Below the pieces are notes generated by a model. That model worked only from the letters and a program-made list of their open reading frames with translations. It had not been told where the DNA came from and ran no database searches. Made by a program: the position numbers and the translations under genes. From positions 62,058 through 126,057 of the forward strand of contig CAZHTF010000002.1 in the NCBI GenBank assembly GCA_964535305.1: DNA of 64,000 nucleotides, written 5' to 3'. This document shows positions 62,699 to 64,000 of this stretch, piece by piece (positions within the stretch are counted from its first letter, which is position 1; each line of letters begins with the position of its first letter). The DNA comes from an uncultured Planctomycetales bacterium. GTDB taxonomy: Bacteria > Planctomycetota > Phycisphaerae > UBA1845 > Fen-1342.

Positions 62699-63405
62699 CA
62701 GGACCGCCCATCCGCATTGGCTTCGGCGGCTTCGCTGCCGCCGTCCAGCAGCATCGTCCGAATCACCGCCCAACAGCAGTAACGGACGAAGAGTTCTTGG
62801 GACTTGAGCGGCTTGCGCCAGGCGAAAGCGCTCTCCTGCGGATTGCGGCTGGCGGCATAAGCGCGCATTTCGTGCTGCGTGCCCTCGTGCGCGCCCTGAA
62901 AAACGCGCTGAATCTGCAGCGTCGGCCCATCCGAAAGCATCGGCGACGGTCCGTCCGGTGCAGACGCCTGCCGCGTCGAGTCGACCACGTCGCGCCAGGC
63001 GCCGCGGCCGCGCTCGCTCAGCTCGTAGACCTGCAGGACCAAGCCCAGGATCGGCGTGTATGGCTCGAACTCCGTGACTGCCAGGACCAACGTTCCGTCG
63101 GCGTTGAAACGCCGCGCCAGCTCGAATGCGTCTTCGGGGGTCTCGACGCGCGTCTTGCCGCGCTCCGCGAGGGCGGCAAGCGTAAGATTCACCGGGATCA
63201 CCGCCGTCTGACGGTGAGCTAGCGCCTCGGAAGCCAGCAGATCGGTGATCTTCAGGGCGTCGAATTCCTGACCGCCGCTCAGATTCAGCACCGGCGCGAC
63301 CACCCAGGTCCGGGTTCGCGGGTTCGATCGCACGCGCTCTTCCGCGCGCTGCGAGCAGCCGACCAAGAACGACAGCCATCCCATCACCAAAACCAGCGAG
63401 AGCAC
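62698..63405 (-). CDS. lipoprotein with a TolB-N/LpoB/CsgG-like alpha/beta fold pattern
   Basis: I chose the GTG at 63405, giving the signal peptide VLSLVLVMGWLSFLVGC. The pattern VVAPVLNLSG...ITDLLASEAL...AVIPVN...ADGTLVLAVTEFEPY is typical of this lipoprotein class. Confidence 0.6.
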   Translation of the reverse strand: MLSLVLVMGWLSFLVGCSQRAEERVRSNPRTRTWVVAPVLNLSGGQEFDALKITDLLASEALAHRQTAVIPVNLTLAALAERGKTRVETPEDAFELARRFNADGTLVLAVTEFEPYTPILGLVLQVYELSERGRGAWRDVVDSTRQASAPDGPSPMLSDGPTLQIQRVFQGAHEGTQHEMRAYAASRNPQESAFAWRKPLKSQELFVRYCCWAVIRTMLLDGGSEAAEANADGRS

Positions 63406-63525
63406 GCGCGAGTGCCGCGCTCGCTGTCCGAAACCACTCCCGATTTCCGCAGTGAACGGGGTGGCGATGGGAGCCTTACATTTGATCTTAGAGCCGAAAA
63501 TGTTCGCCGGCAAACCGTCTTCGGA

Positions 63526-63543
63526 ATCGGTTTTATCGGTTTT
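63526..63543. repeat. tandem 9-mer ATCGGTTTT x2
   Basis: Read directly from the sequence within the low-GC intergenic region 63406-63628. Confidence 0.6.
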
Positions 63544-63554
63544 TCGTCGAAAGA

Positions 63555-63567
63555 CTGATAATATCAG
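63555..63567. repeat. 13-bp perfect palindrome CTGATA-A-TATCAG
   Basis: Read directly from the sequence. It sits about 150 nt upstream of the lipoprotein gene start. Confidence 0.6.
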
Positions 63568-63628
63568 ACCGCACGGCGAAATTCCGCCAAACCAAGTACC
63601 AAAAAACGCCCACCGACCGCCGCGCACG

Positions 63629-64000
63629 CTATTCATCCGACGTCGACTCCGAGTACGTGCGTGACTCTTCCCCAATCGGCGTCGCGTTCAGTTGCGGCCG
63701 CGCAGCAACTTCATCTGTGACACCTGCTGGGATTGACAAGATGTTCTCCGCCGAGCCAACCGGGCTGACGAAATACACCCGCCCGTTCGCGGCCCACACC
63801 GGGTTAAACGCGATTACGCCACGCTGCCCGAGCTTCATGCGCGACCCGCTGCGCACGTCGCACGCCCAGAGCTCGGCCTGCTGCACGCGGGGTTCCGGGC
63901 CAAACGTGCGCACATCCCGGCGAACCTCCGTAAAGACGAGATACCGGCCGTCTGGAGACCAGCGCGGCGCGATGCACGCGGCCGCGTCGCTATGCGCTAC
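63629..64000 (-). CDS. TolB-like beta-propeller (PD40 repeat) protein, C-terminal fragment (5' end outside window)
   Basis: The frame is open to the window edge. PD40-like strings are WSPDGRYLVFTE and IAFNPVWAANGRVYFVS. Confidence 0.6.
   Translation of the reverse strand, partial: VAHSDAAACIAPRWSPDGRYLVFTEVRRDVRTFGPEPRVQQAELWACDVRSGSRMKLGQRGVIAFNPVWAANGRVYFVSPVGSAENILSIPAGVTDEVAARPQLNATPIGEESRTYSESTSDE

Noticed and set aside
63555-63567. Palindrome CTGATAATATCAG as a possible dif site near xerC/D
   Set aside because: It is only 13 bp. It lacks the two 11-bp arms with a 6-bp spacer and does not resemble the conserved XerD-arm consensus I know.

Overview
This is a very GC-rich (roughly two-thirds G+C), densely coding bacterial chromosomal segment. 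All calls come from reading the sequence and the ORF track by eye; no searches were run. Prepilin-type DUF1559/H-X9-DG pseudopilins, PEP-CTERM proteins and dockerin-like exoprotein tails suggest a Planctomycetota-like organism (inference). I support about 55 CDSs, 2 tRNAs and a few regulatory or repeat elements. I saw no CRISPR array, transposase, prophage or rRNA. From left to right the main blocks are as follows. (1) A minus-strand operon runs GT2, GT-C membrane glycosyltransferase, small lipoprotein, metallophosphoesterase, aroK, pilD. (2) The conserved tRNA-Thr-tuf-rpmG-tRNA-Trp-secE-nusG block follows. (3) A translationally coupled six-gene operon encodes an LTXXQ protein, a heptahaem cytochrome c, a 4-TM His-bearing subunit, a discoidin protein, a TIGR03663/Agl23-like membrane protein and ApbE; this is my best candidate for an undescribed module. 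(4) A LacI-headed beta-glucan locus holds a pseudopilin, a PEP-CTERM protein, GH16, a 1067-aa repeat protein, a sugar ABC importer, GH1 and a clan GH-A-like hydrolase. (5) Next come STAS and MlaE genes and a divergent RNase HII-like gene. (6) A 1378-aa TPR/MG-repeat protein, a 1052-aa secretin and a YdjY-like protein lie together. (7) ABC-F, Rieske, zinc-ribbon and rluB genes follow. (8) A second set contains an ABC-2 exporter, a pseudopilin, a dockerin-tagged protein and a PEP-CTERM protein. (9) The right end holds an amidase, HtrA, XerC/D, a lipoprotein pair and a TolB-like fragment. Many long Arg/Ala/Pro-rich ORFs in the track are antisense shadows and were rejected. Start codons are the least certain part of the annotation.
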